64,000 nt of DNA from assembly GCA_030625775.1 (NCBI GenBank), contig DAOUQC010000014.1, positions 7,907 through 71,906 on the forward strand, given 5' to 3'. This document shows, piece by piece, positions 36,159 to 45,659 of the stretch. Position 1 is the first letter of the stretch, and each line of letters opens with the position of its first letter. The position numbers and the translations under genes were made by a program. This DNA is from Verrucomicrobiota bacterium (GTDB lineage Bacteria; Verrucomicrobiota; Verrucomicrobiia; Verrucomicrobiales; DEV007). The notes below the pieces were generated by a model that saw nothing but the letters and a program-made list of their open reading frames with translations, was not told where the DNA came from and did no database searches.

Positions 36159-36857
36159 TTATTGCGCTAATTTCTCGTTGATTTGCCTTTTGAGTTCCTT
36201 GATCTTGAGCTTGATCCTTCCTTGCTCTTTGACTTTGGAGCGCATTTGGGAAGTGGTGTTGCTTCCCGATGCAACGCTTTCCCTAAGACGATCAATATCC
36301 TTTTTGTATCCTTCAATCATCTTCTCACGGCGGACAATAAAGGGATCTGCTTTTTTGGGTTTTTTGCTTGCCAGAAACTGAAGGACGAAGGCGATGTCTT
36401 CCTCGGATAATTTTGCGATAGGGAGCTCAAAAGTTTTGGAATCTTTTTTCCGGATGACCGCTATTTCTTTTTCATATCGGGCCGTGATAATGACGTCAAG
36501 TTTGCGTCCGGCTGAATCAGTGATCAGGCGATCGACCGGCAGTGAAGCGGGGCTCTCTACTGCGATTTCAGTGAGGGAGGGTTTTCTCTTTCCAGTCGAG
36601 GACTGCTGCTTGGATTTTTTTTTCTCTGCCGGGGAAGTGGGAGGCGAAGGGAAGGGACTGCCGATGGACTTTTCCTGTCCTGCCATTTTGTCTTGCGGTT
36701 CAGGATCCGGAGGGAGGCTCAGATTATCAGTTATGCCCACATTTTTCTCATTCTCTGGCAACGGTTCCGTTTTTTTACATGCTGAGAGGATGAGAGACAG
36801 GGAGAGGGTCATGCCCGCAAGTGAGCGCAGTATATAGTGATCGTTGGTGGATTGCAT
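36159..36857 (-). CDS. Lipoprotein with SHD1-like domain and C-terminal coiled coil (paralog 1)
   Basis: The ATG at 36857 gives the signal and lipobox ..LSLSLILSAC. A Pro/Ser/Lys-rich linker is followed by the domain KLDVIITARYEKEIAVIRKKDSKTFELPIAKLSEEDIAFV and a charged coiled coil. Confidence 0.6.
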   Translation of the reverse strand: MQSTNDHYILRSLAGMTLSLSLILSACKKTEPLPENEKNVGITDNLSLPPDPEPQDKMAGQEKSIGSPFPSPPTSPAEKKKSKQQSSTGKRKPSLTEIAVESPASLPVDRLITDSAGRKLDVIITARYEKEIAVIRKKDSKTFELPIAKLSEEDIAFVLQFLASKKPKKADPFIVRREKMIEGYKKDIDRLRESVASGSNTTSQMRSKVKEQGRIKLKIKELKRQINEKLAQ

Positions 36858-36890
36858 TGCTTGATGTTGGGAGAGTTGATACAAAGTTGG

Positions 36891-37424
36891 TTATTTGTGT
36901 TCGGAACGGTAACGTTCTATATCCTGTTGAAGTTCGAGAATTTCTTTCAATTTGGAGGAAATTTGTTTTTGGTGATGTTTGATCATTCCCGGGTTGCCAG
37001 CTTCATCTTCGATCTCTCGTTTCAGCCGGAAAATACCTTTTTCCAGTCGGGCCATTTGTTCCAGACGGCTTTGAATGTAAGGAGGGTTGTTTTTAGCAAT
37101 GGGAGGAACGATTTTGTCGTCAGTTTTTGCTACTGGCAGACGGGCTACAAATTTCCTGTCTTTGGATGACAGTTTGTTAAGCGGGTAGGAGAAAAATTTA
37201 GAATCTTTCTGGCGGATGAATTCGACATGCGTCGTGGTGCGACCGGTAATTCTTACAGGTATAGATTTTCCATCCTTGGGATCTGTCAGAGAGTATGTGA
37301 CTGGGTATTCAGGTTTTTTGCATCCCGACACGCTAAAGATAATGGCGATGAATACAGCAGATAGAAAGGCGTGGGGACGAGCCGTTCTGTAAAAAGGTAA
37401 CTTTCCTGCGTTAGAACTCAGCAT
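36891..37424 (-). CDS. Lipoprotein with SHD1-like domain and C-terminal coiled coil (paralog 2)
   Basis: Lipobox IIFSVSGC. The domain SIPVRITGRTTTHVEFIRQKDSKFFSYPLNKLSSKDRKFV aligns with the neighbouring gene, and it also ends in a coiled-coil tail. Confidence 0.6.
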   Translation of the reverse strand: MLSSNAGKLPFYRTARPHAFLSAVFIAIIFSVSGCKKPEYPVTYSLTDPKDGKSIPVRITGRTTTHVEFIRQKDSKFFSYPLNKLSSKDRKFVARLPVAKTDDKIVPPIAKNNPPYIQSRLEQMARLEKGIFRLKREIEDEAGNPGMIKHHQKQISSKLKEILELQQDIERYRSEHK

Positions 37425-37538
37425 CCTGAACCACTAACACAAATAGGCATCATTTTCAAATAAAGTGCGCTTTGAGAGGAGAATGAAAATGAGGGTTCCT
37501 TCCCAGATGCCTGGTTGAGATCTTAATGGGGCAGGCTA

Positions 37539-40010
37539 TCACCGCTCCGGTCGATCCCAGATAAAGTGCTTGAGCCGGATATGATCGGCTAGTTTGGCGG
37601 CTTCGATTGCTCTGGGGCTGCCGGAGTTTGCGAGGCTGTCGGCAATGCGGATAGCACTGCGCCATTCTTTTTTTTCTAGCAACAGGCGAATGGCTCCCAA
37701 ACCCGCCCGGAAAAACCATTCTACCTGCGCTACCGGTGCATCGGAATCAGAGCCTTCGTTGAGCCGGTCAGATTGCACCACGTCATTGTAGGTATTCAGG
37801 GCGTCATCCAAACGCCCAAGACGCTCCAGGCATTTGGCTTTGCGGACGGCTGCCTGGTTGCGCCAGGAAGGTGAGGCCTTGTTTGCACTGATAATACTGT
37901 CGAATGACTGGATGGCATCCAACAGCTGATCGGGGTTGTTGTTTTGAGAGGTTGCGATGTTGAACAGGGCCTGGCCCCGGTCTGCCCAAACAGCCAGTTT
38001 CAGTTCAAGGGGAGCGGGGGGATCGTGATCGAGGATACTGTCAAAAGCAGCGATGGCATCGTCAAATTCATCAAGTTTAAGTTTCAGTATTCCCTGCTCA
38101 TGACGGGCATGGAGAGCCAGGGGGGAGGATTCATTTTCAGCTAGTTTTGCCCAGAGTTCAATGGCTCGTGTGCGCTCTGCGGGTTGTCTGGAGAGGCTGG
38201 CGGCCTTGCCTGCGGAAAAGAGGGCCGGGCCATAAAGTGGGGATTCGGGATGGTTATCCGCCAGTTGCACAAAGGCACTCACAGCTTGGAAATAATCTTT
38301 TTCCTGATAGTAGGCGCCGCCCAATTTCAGCCGGATTTCCGGGGTACGCTGTGAGTTTGGCCAATGATCAAGGTAGCGCAGAGCCTGTTCTATGATGGCG
38401 GAGTGATTGCCATCACTTTCTTCGATCCAGACGGCGATGTAATCCAGGGATTCCTCCTGCTGTTGGGAGAGTTTGTAGTCGGTCGCAGCATTCAGGTGCT
38501 CTCTGGCGGATACGGGTTTAGGAGGGACTTCGTTGAGGTAAAGTTCGGCGAGGGCAAGGTGGGCATCGGCGGCTCGAGCATGATTGGGAAATTTATCCAG
38601 AAAGAGAGAGAGCGTTTCGAATGCCTGACTGAGTGAACGAGCGGCAAGGAAGAGCCCTTGTTCGAGCAGGAACTCCGCTTGCAGTGCCTGCTTGTTGCTT
38701 TGTTTGAGCAGGTTCTCGTATTGGATGAAAGTTTTGTTATCATCAGCATACAGAGCTGTCAGGGCTACATTGTATGAGGCAATGGCAGAGGGTCTGGTGC
38801 TTCCCTTGTGATGGCTTGCCTCGATGAATTTACTTTCTGCTTTAACAAAGTCGCCTTGTTTGAAAGCAGACAAGGCTTGTAGAGAAGCCACTTTGGAATG
38901 TTGATCAGCAGACAGTGGGGAGGATAGTAATTTGCTTAAGAGGGGTTGTGGGGTTGTTTTATTTTGGCGGATGAGGAGCTCTGCCAGTTTTAGACTTGTG
39001 GGATAGAACAGGGGATGATGCGGGTGGCTAGCTGCAAAACTTTTCAGTTTGTCCGGAAATTCCTGCGCTTGGTAGTACTGGGAATAAGTTTGTCGCTCGG
39101 GGTGGATGGCATCTTCGTTGGCCCATTGAGCAAGAATTTGGCTTAGCTCTGGCAGAGAGAAGGCTTCGATTTGTGCCAGTTCATCAAAAGCGGATGGGAG
39201 CAGCGGGCTATCCGGGTGGTCCTTGATCAGATGCAGATAATGCCTGATCGCCTCCTGCTTTTGATTGACCGACAGGCAGGCATCACCCAACAACATTACA
39301 GCTTTTTGATGGATCGATTGAGATGCCGGATTCTCGTTTTTCCGGAAGCTTTCAAGATAGGAAATTGCTTTTGGGAAATCACCCATTTGCATGGCAATGC
39401 GGGCGCGCAAAAAGCGCAAGGCGTCAGGGGGGGCGTCGGGTGAAGTGCTGTTTGGACGGGAATTCAGCAGGGCCAGTGCGGCCTCGCTTTGCTGTTGTTG
39501 CAGATAGAATTCTGCACCGAGGAGCTGTGCCCTGGCTGCAATTCCGGGCTGTGGAGAATTGAGTAGGGATTTAAGAAGTCCGTGGGCTTTTTTCGAGTTG
39601 CCCTGAGCTGCCAGGTTTTGTGCCAGAGCGAGTGTGCCCCAGTCGCGGTATTGGAATGCGGGCTCGGCGATGAGAAGCTGGAGTAACCTTTGAGCTTCAG
39701 GATTTTGTCCGTTTTCTGTCAAGGCAAGTGCGTTCCAGAATTGGGCAGTTTTGTTTTGTTGCAGGGTCGTTTGCTCGGAAAACAATAGCAGGGCTTGTTC
39801 ATTTTTCCCGGCACGAACCAGTGCCTGTAGCAGCAGCAGGGTGATTTTTTGCCTTTTCTGGTCGTTGAACGTTTGCCCGCTGTTCTTCAGCAGGGATTCC
39901 AGTTTTTGTGCAGCAAGAGAGGGTGCTCCGTCACTCAAGGCCTGGACGGCATCCCTGAATTCAATGGAGACTGCCGGTTCGGCCCGAGAGCAAAGGGGAG
40001 TAAAAATCAA
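37539..40010 (-). CDS. Large TPR-repeat protein (secreted)
   Basis: More than 800 aa of TPR-like helical repeats. The first canonical start is TTG at 40010, but a signal-peptide-like stretch continues in frame upstream (see findings), so the 5' end is uncertain. Confidence 0.8.
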   Translation of the reverse strand: MIFTPLCSRAEPAVSIEFRDAVQALSDGAPSLAAQKLESLLKNSGQTFNDQKRQKITLLLLQALVRAGKNEQALLLFSEQTTLQQNKTAQFWNALALTENGQNPEAQRLLQLLIAEPAFQYRDWGTLALAQNLAAQGNSKKAHGLLKSLLNSPQPGIAARAQLLGAEFYLQQQQSEAALALLNSRPNSTSPDAPPDALRFLRARIAMQMGDFPKAISYLESFRKNENPASQSIHQKAVMLLGDACLSVNQKQEAIRHYLHLIKDHPDSPLLPSAFDELAQIEAFSLPELSQILAQWANEDAIHPERQTYSQYYQAQEFPDKLKSFAASHPHHPLFYPTSLKLAELLIRQNKTTPQPLLSKLLSSPLSADQHSKVASLQALSAFKQGDFVKAESKFIEASHHKGSTRPSAIASYNVALTALYADDNKTFIQYENLLKQSNKQALQAEFLLEQGLFLAARSLSQAFETLSLFLDKFPNHARAADAHLALAELYLNEVPPKPVSAREHLNAATDYKLSQQQEESLDYIAVWIEESDGNHSAIIEQALRYLDHWPNSQRTPEIRLKLGGAYYQEKDYFQAVSAFVQLADNHPESPLYGPALFSAGKAASLSRQPAERTRAIELWAKLAENESSPLALHARHEQGILKLKLDEFDDAIAAFDSILDHDPPAPLELKLAVWADRGQALFNIATSQNNNPDQLLDAIQSFDSIISANKASPSWRNQAAVRKAKCLERLGRLDDALNTYNDVVQSDRLNEGSDSDAPVAQVEWFFRAGLGAIRLLLEKKEWRSAIRIADSLANSGSPRAIEAAKLADHIRLKHFIWDRPER

Positions 40011-40087
40011 CAGCAGGCTGAACAGGCGCAGGCAGAGGTTTTGCCGTAAGCCAGCTGCTTGCTTGATGAATGGAAGCAGATAAAGGA

Positions 40088-40612
40088 TCAGGTGTTCTGG
40101 TGGGAATTCAGATAGCTTAGAATCTTGCTGTCATCGTCGTTGGCAGCCCAAACAAGTCGCAGGAAATCAGCGGGGGCAATGTTGTGTTTCCTGAGAAATG
40201 CGCGGTCGCCACCGCAGCCAAACATACTCTCGGGATGTAGTTCGCCACGAAGTTTTGCCCGGGCCTTGGCCAGAATACGTGGCAGCCAGGAATAACCTTC
40301 AAGGTCAGCATCTTTTGCGGGAAGGTCGCTGGATCTGATATGGGGCTCATTGCGTGCGCCCTGTTGCATAACATCGAGATAATCCCGTCGGACGGAGGCG
40401 ATCATCAAAGCTGTTGTCGGTGAGGGGTCGTTGTGCACTGCACAATCTTCGACATAGTCGAAAAATTCCAGCTCCTGATATCCGATGGCTTTGAGAAAGT
40501 CATGGTCGCTCTCGTCATACCAATGAGTGTAATCCTTTTCATCGGCTCGATAGCTTTCGAGGCAGCGCTCGAAGAGGTTGATGAAAGTAAAGTCCCAGGT
40601 ATAGTTTTGCAT
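40088..40612 (-). CDS. DUF5069-like protein
   Basis: The C-terminal half LEGYSWLPRILAKARAKLRGEL...GGDRAFLRKHNIAPADFLRLV resembles the DUF5069 signature as I remember it. The N-terminal half is unassigned. Confidence 0.45.
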   Translation of the reverse strand: MQNYTWDFTFINLFERCLESYRADEKDYTHWYDESDHDFLKAIGYQELEFFDYVEDCAVHNDPSPTTALMIASVRRDYLDVMQQGARNEPHIRSSDLPAKDADLEGYSWLPRILAKARAKLRGELHPESMFGCGGDRAFLRKHNIAPADFLRLVWAANDDDSKILSYLNSHQNT

Positions 40613-40645
40613 GAATGATGGTTGTTATTTTGGCTTGGTGATTAT

Positions 40646-41590
40646 TTACCGACTGAGTTCCAGCATTCTCTGTAAAGGTTTTTCAGCTTGTTGACGAATA
40701 TCTTCGGCCATGGTGACTTCCGGGCTGAGGTTGAGCAGACAATCATGCAATTTTTGCAGGGTATTCATTTTCATGAATTTGCATTCTGAACAGTTGCAGC
40801 GGTCGGTCGGCCCCGCTATCAGGTTTTTGCCGGGAGCTTCTTTGCGCAATCGGTGAAGCATACCGCTTTCGGTGATGACGATGATGTTTTCCGACTCTGA
40901 GTTCTGGCAGAAAGCGATCATTTTTTCCGTTGAGCAGACTTCGTCGGCAAGCAAACGCACGGCCGTGGTGCATTCGGGGTGGGCAACGACGGCTGCATCG
41001 GGGTATTCGTCTTTGATTTTCTGAATGCTGTCACGAGTGAATTCGACATGGACATAACAGGCGCCTTGCCAGAGATCCATCTTGCGTCCGGTCTGCTGCA
41101 TGACCCATTCACCGAGATTCTGGTCTGGCACAAAAAGAATAGGGCGGTCTGCCGGGGCGGCTTCGACGATTTTGACCGCATTGCCACTGGTGCAGATACA
41201 GTCGCAAAGAGCCTTCACTCCCGCACTGCAATTGATGTAGGCGATGACGTAGTAATCTTTGTCGCGATTTGTATCGAGAAAAGCTTGCAACTCGGGTGCC
41301 GGACAGGATTCTTCCAGTGAGCAACCTGCGTCTTTGTCAGGCAGGATCACCGTTTTTTCAGGATTCACGATCTTTGCTGTTTCTGCCATGAAATGGACGC
41401 CACAAAAAGCGATGACGTCCGCATCGGTTTCACTGGCTCGATAAGCTAGGCCGAGAGAGTCACCGACGTAGTCAGCAATATCCTGGATTTCCCCGATCTG
41501 GTAGTTGTGTGCCAGAATAACGGCATTGCGCTCTTTTTTCAGGGCGAGTATCTGTTCCCGGAGATCGGTGCCTGTAGCGACGGCTGACAT
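40646..41590 (-). CDS. nadA: Quinolinate synthase
   Basis: Family-typical sequence throughout its 314 aa: ILAHNYQIGEIQDIADYVGDSL, CGVHFMAETAKI, and three Cys-containing segments. Confidence 0.95.
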   Translation of the reverse strand: MSAVATGTDLREQILALKKERNAVILAHNYQIGEIQDIADYVGDSLGLAYRASETDADVIAFCGVHFMAETAKIVNPEKTVILPDKDAGCSLEESCPAPELQAFLDTNRDKDYYVIAYINCSAGVKALCDCICTSGNAVKIVEAAPADRPILFVPDQNLGEWVMQQTGRKMDLWQGACYVHVEFTRDSIQKIKDEYPDAAVVAHPECTTAVRLLADEVCSTEKMIAFCQNSESENIIVITESGMLHRLRKEAPGKNLIAGPTDRCNCSECKFMKMNTLQKLHDCLLNLSPEVTMAEDIRQQAEKPLQRMLELSR

Positions 41591-41846
41591 AGTTTTAGTG
41601 TAGATGGAAAGGTGAAATGAAAGTGATGTCCGGAAAGACTTTGTGTTACCTTAAGCGAAACGCACAGAGAGCTAATTGTCAACGGGGAGAGCGGGAGAAT
41701 TAGCAGGTCAGAACCAGGGCGTCAGAGGCGATTGAGGCGGGATGCAGCAAACTCTGGTGATGCTAGAGTGCAATGCCTTTGTATTTGAGAGATTGCCATC
41801 CATTGTGATGGTAGCGACTTTTCCCCTGGCTTATTTGTCGATGGTC

Positions 41847-43007
41847 TCAGAGATGGTTCCGATTTTTTAAAATCTCAATCAGCCGGTCAACCTGATTACT
41901 GGAATGTGCGGCAGAAAGAGTGATTCGCAGTCGGGCCTGGTCACGAGGGACGGTGGGGTAGCGGATGGCGGGGATGAGCAGGCCCTTCTGGTAGAGCCGG
42001 GCAGATAGATCCAGGGCATTTTCAGACGATCCGACAATGAGGGGCAGGATGGGGCTTTGCGATTCCGGGATTTGATCAATAGCACGGCTCACCCGGCCGA
42101 TGTGGTGGTGAAGCTTTTCACGTAGCTGTTGTCCTTCAGTGCTGATGAGCAGATCAATCGCGGCCAGTGCCGCTACGGCGGTCGCTGCGGGTGGTGCGGT
42201 GGAGTAGATGAAGCTCCGCGAGCGGTTGATCAGTAGATCGACGATGGCCCGGCTTGCACAGAGATAAGCACCACTCATCCCAAGCGCTTTGCTGAGTGTG
42301 CCCATTTGCAAATCGATCTGTTCGGCCAGGCCGAGATCATCGGCCAGCCCTATGCCCTTACCGATGATTCCGAAGGCATGGGCTTCGTCGAGTAACAGCA
42401 AGGCTCCATGTTTTTCCTTGAGGCTGACAATTTCGTTCAGTGGGCAATGATCGCCATCCATTGAGAACACCGATTCGGTAATGACGATGATGCGGCCATC
42501 ACGGCTGATTTTTTTCCCGGCCCACTGCAGGTGGGAATCCAGGCGATCGAGATCGTTGTGAGGGTAAATGCGCAGGGTGGCTCCCGATAACCTTGCGCCA
42601 TCAATGAGAGAGGCGTGGCAAAGTTTGTCCAGAATGAGGATGTCACCTTTTCCTGCCAGGGCAGTGATCGTTCCGACCGCGGTTGCGTATCCCGTTGAGA
42701 AGGTGAGCGCGGCAGCACTGTTTTTTAATCTGGCGAGGTGCTCTTCGAGCTCAAGGTGGGGGCGCAGGGTTCCACAGACCAATCGAGAAGCCCCTGAGCC
42801 TACCCCCCAGTGATCGAGAGCGTCCTTGTAAACTGCGATGAGCCCGGGGTGGCTGGAGAGGCCCAGATAGTCGTTGGACGAAAAATTGATAAAAGGCTGC
42901 TCGGCGATGATCAGCTCGGTTCCCTGTGGGGAGTCAATGGGGCGCAGTTGACGATGCAAATGATCATTGCGCAAGGTCTGTAATTCATCTTCCGGGTCGC
43001 GGGGCAT
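41847..43007 (-). CDS. bioF: 8-amino-7-oxononanoate synthase (alpha-oxoamine synthase family)
   Basis: FSSNDYLGL, ESVFSMDGD, and the PLP-lysine context GTLSKALG. 386 aa. A KBL-type paralog cannot be excluded by eye. Confidence 0.75.
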   Translation of the reverse strand: MPRDPEDELQTLRNDHLHRQLRPIDSPQGTELIIAEQPFINFSSNDYLGLSSHPGLIAVYKDALDHWGVGSGASRLVCGTLRPHLELEEHLARLKNSAAALTFSTGYATAVGTITALAGKGDILILDKLCHASLIDGARLSGATLRIYPHNDLDRLDSHLQWAGKKISRDGRIIVITESVFSMDGDHCPLNEIVSLKEKHGALLLLDEAHAFGIIGKGIGLADDLGLAEQIDLQMGTLSKALGMSGAYLCASRAIVDLLINRSRSFIYSTAPPAATAVAALAAIDLLISTEGQQLREKLHHHIGRVSRAIDQIPESQSPILPLIVGSSENALDLSARLYQKGLLIPAIRYPTVPRDQARLRITLSAAHSSNQVDRLIEILKNRNHL

Positions 43008-43042
43008 CGAAGAATTGAGGGTGGTGAATGAGTGTAGCGAAT

Positions 43043-43966
43043 CTAAGAAAGTTTGAGCCCCCAGTGGAGAAGGGCACGGGATTCATACCAGACGGTTGGG
43101 GTTTTGCTGCCAAGAACAACAACGATGATGTTTCGTCCGTTATGTGTGGCACTGGATACCAGGCATTTTCCGGCCGCCCGGGTGTAACCGGTTTTCATGC
43201 CAGTGCAGTAGGGGTAGCTCAGGAGGACTTTGTTGGTGGTTTTGACCGGTTTGGTCCGACCGTTGGCAAAACGGAAGGTGAGGCTTTTGGTTCGGACGGT
43301 CTGGCGAATGAAGGGTTGGCGCATGGCTGCAGCCGCTAGAATCGACAGGTCGCGGGCGGTGGAGTACTGGCCGGGAGCGGGCAAACCGCTGGCGGTTTTG
43401 AATACTGAATTGTTCATGCCGAGTTGGCGCGCACGCCGGGTCATCTGGCTGGCAAAGGCGGGCATGCTGCCGGCATGATCCCGGGCCAGGCAGTGGGCGA
43501 TGTCGTTGCTGCTGCGGACGAGTACGGCTCGCAGCAAGTCATCCTTGCGGTAGTGGTCACCGGATTTTAATCCCATTTTAGTGGGCTCGACGTAGGTGTC
43601 GCTGGGGGCAACACGAATATTTTTACTCATGTTCCCTGCTTCAACGAGGATCAGAGCCATCATGAGTTTTTGCGTGCTGGCCACGGGGTAGTGGGTGTCG
43701 GCATTTTTCTGATAAAGAACGGTGCCGCTATTGGCATGGATGACGATCACTGCCCGGGCCGAGACGGAGGGGCGAGGAGCTTTTGGATGGATACCGCCGA
43801 AACTGGGGAGGGACGGTTGGGGGTAGGATGAGTTGGTATGGGGAGGGGCTTGCCGTGGAGGTGCACCGGGAGCTTGGGTGGAGGTTGACGACTGACAGGC
43901 GTTCAGCAGCAATAAGGCAGAGCCTATGACCAGGGCGCGCGTGTAAGGGAAAAGGAAGGGTTTCAC
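43043..43966 (-). CDS. D-alanyl-D-alanine carboxypeptidase (S11, PBP5-type)
   Basis: SxxK ASTQKLM, SxN RSSND, KTG KTGYT. GTG start at 43966, followed by the lipobox-like LLLLNAC. Confidence 0.9.
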   Translation of the reverse strand: MKPFLFPYTRALVIGSALLLLNACQSSTSTQAPGAPPRQAPPHTNSSYPQPSLPSFGGIHPKAPRPSVSARAVIVIHANSGTVLYQKNADTHYPVASTQKLMMALILVEAGNMSKNIRVAPSDTYVEPTKMGLKSGDHYRKDDLLRAVLVRSSNDIAHCLARDHAGSMPAFASQMTRRARQLGMNNSVFKTASGLPAPGQYSTARDLSILAAAAMRQPFIRQTVRTKSLTFRFANGRTKPVKTTNKVLLSYPYCTGMKTGYTRAAGKCLVSSATHNGRNIIVVVLGSKTPTVWYESRALLHWGLKLS

Positions 43967-43973
43967 AGAGGAG

Positions 43974-44873
43974 TTATTTTTTTGGATTGGAGCCAGCTAC
44001 TTTTTTTAGGCGTTTTTCGATTTCTTCATCATGTTGGGCGCCGAGATCAATGGCGAAAAAATAATGACGGCGGGCGAGTTCAATGGCGGGAGGATTGCGT
44101 TCCAGATAGAGCAAAGCCAGATTGAAGTGGGCGTCTGCGTAGTCCGGGTCGAGAGCGATGGCTCGCATGAGTTCGGTTTCAGCGGCTCGTCCCCAACCGT
44201 AATCGCGGATCACCACGGCGAGATAGAGGCAGGTGCGCGGGTCTTTGGGGTCTTCGTGCCGAGCCCGGGTGAGGGATGAGATCGCCAGGTTGAATTTTTT
44301 GAGGTAATAATAGCTTAGCCCGAGGGTGAGCCAGTTTTGAGAGATGCGTGGATTGATCTTCACCGATTGCTCGAGGTGCAGGGTAGCATTTTGGTAATCT
44401 TTCAGCCGGTATTCGACAATGCCGAGATTGGAAAGAGCCAAGGCATTGTCAGGGGCGGCCTTGGCCATTTTTAGATAGGCTTCTTTAGCCGCCTTCCAGT
44501 CTTTGTTTGCTGATGCCAGGGCACCTTCTTTGGCGAGTTCCCTTACGTTCTCAGGTAGGCCTTTGTTTGATTTGGAATTTTCCCTCCCTATTTGCAAACC
44601 ACTGGCACTGCTGTTTTTCTTGAACTGGGAGTCCGGGGAGTTTTTCTCGCCGTCTGATTTTTCAGTGGGTTCGTCAGATGGAGAATTTTTGTCACCGCTT
44701 TTCTTTTTTTCCTCAGGAGTAGATTTTTCACTCGTTTTGGAGTCGGGTGAATTATCTGATTTTTTGTCTTCGGCGAACAAAGACAGGGTCAGACCCAAAC
44801 AAAGAGCAAGGGTGGCAGAGGCTCTGGCGCTTGGTTGGTGGTGGCGGAATGAGATGAGGCGTTGAATGATCAT
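43974..44873 (-). CDS. Secreted TPR-repeat protein
   Basis: Signal peptide, Ser/Lys/Glu-rich linker, then 4-5 TPR motifs (e.g. ALALSNLGIVEYRLKDYQNATLHLEQSVKINP). Confidence 0.75.
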   Translation of the reverse strand: MIIQRLISFRHHQPSARASATLALCLGLTLSLFAEDKKSDNSPDSKTSEKSTPEEKKKSGDKNSPSDEPTEKSDGEKNSPDSQFKKNSSASGLQIGRENSKSNKGLPENVRELAKEGALASANKDWKAAKEAYLKMAKAAPDNALALSNLGIVEYRLKDYQNATLHLEQSVKINPRISQNWLTLGLSYYYLKKFNLAISSLTRARHEDPKDPRTCLYLAVVIRDYGWGRAAETELMRAIALDPDYADAHFNLALLYLERNPPAIELARRHYFFAIDLGAQHDEEIEKRLKKVAGSNPKK

Positions 44874-44934
44874 AGTAAGGGAAGTCGGTGAATATGCTCA
44901 ATTTTTGCTTGCGTTAAACAGATAATTCAACAAC

Positions 44935-44954
44935 TGTATATAAGAACACTGTTC
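44935..44954. promoter_or_regulatory. Candidate LexA operator overlapping the lexA translation start region
   Basis: TGTATATAAGAACA (44935-44948) matches TGTTC-N4-GAACA at 12/14 positions. It overlaps the palindrome GAACA-C-TGTTC (44944-44954), which ends 2 nt before the ATG at 44957. Confidence 0.4.
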
Positions 44955-44956
44955 AT

Positions 44957-45571
44957 ATGCTGACTACAAGACAACAACAAGTAATGGATTTTTTGCGGGA
45001 AGAGCACCGTAAAACCGGTATTATGCCTTCAACCAGGGAGATTCAAGAGCATTTTGGTTTTTCCAGCCAGACGGCTGCGGTCAGTCATTTGGCTGCCTTG
45101 GAAAAAAAGGGGGTGATACAAAAATTGGCGGGAAAAGCCCGGGCTTTGATGTTCACCGATGAGTTGGAGCGAGAGACGATCGTTGATATTCCGATTTATG
45201 GACAGGTTCCGGCCGGTTATGGAGATGACGGGGTGCCTGAGCCAGAGGGGCAGCTGTCGGTAGATGTGCGCTCGATGGGCCTTTCTACAAATGCAAATGT
45301 CTATGCTTTGAAGGTGAGGGGGGATTCGATGATTGATGCTCACATCATGAACGGGGATGTGGTGGTGATGGAGGACAAACCAGCAAATAACCGGGATATT
45401 GTAGCGGCCTTGATTGATGGTGAAACGACATTGAAACGTTTGGTGATAGAGAACCGCAAAAGGTTTTTACGTGCTGAAAATGCGGACTATCCTGATTTGC
45501 TCCCGGTTCAGGAATTGCTGATTCAGGGAGTGTTGGTTGGTTTGGTCAGAATTTTTAATAAAAGATGGTAG
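44957..45571 (+). CDS. lexA: LexA repressor (S24 autopeptidase)
   Basis: N-terminal wHTH (STREIQEHFGFSSQTAAVSHLAALEKKGVI) and catalytic VRGDSMIDAHIMNGDVVVM ... TLKRL. Confidence 0.95.
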   Translation: MLTTRQQQVMDFLREEHRKTGIMPSTREIQEHFGFSSQTAAVSHLAALEKKGVIQKLAGKARALMFTDELERETIVDIPIYGQVPAGYGDDGVPEPEGQLSVDVRSMGLSTNANVYALKVRGDSMIDAHIMNGDVVVMEDKPANNRDIVAALIDGETTLKRLVIENRKRFLRAENADYPDLLPVQELLIQGVLVGLVRIFNKRW

Positions 45572-45659
45572 GAGTAGTAAGGAGGGGGATAGGGAAGAAA
45601 GCCGGAGTTTGGAACGGCTAGGTGGGAATCGGGAATCGAGAATCGGGGCGGGTTTATCT

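Noticed and set aside
41591-41846. 256-bp leader of nadA examined for an NAD+ (nadA-motif) riboswitch
   Set aside because: I could not recognise the conserved tandem stem and ACANCCCC-type elements by eye on the minus strand. A covariance-model scan would be needed to decide, so no call is made.
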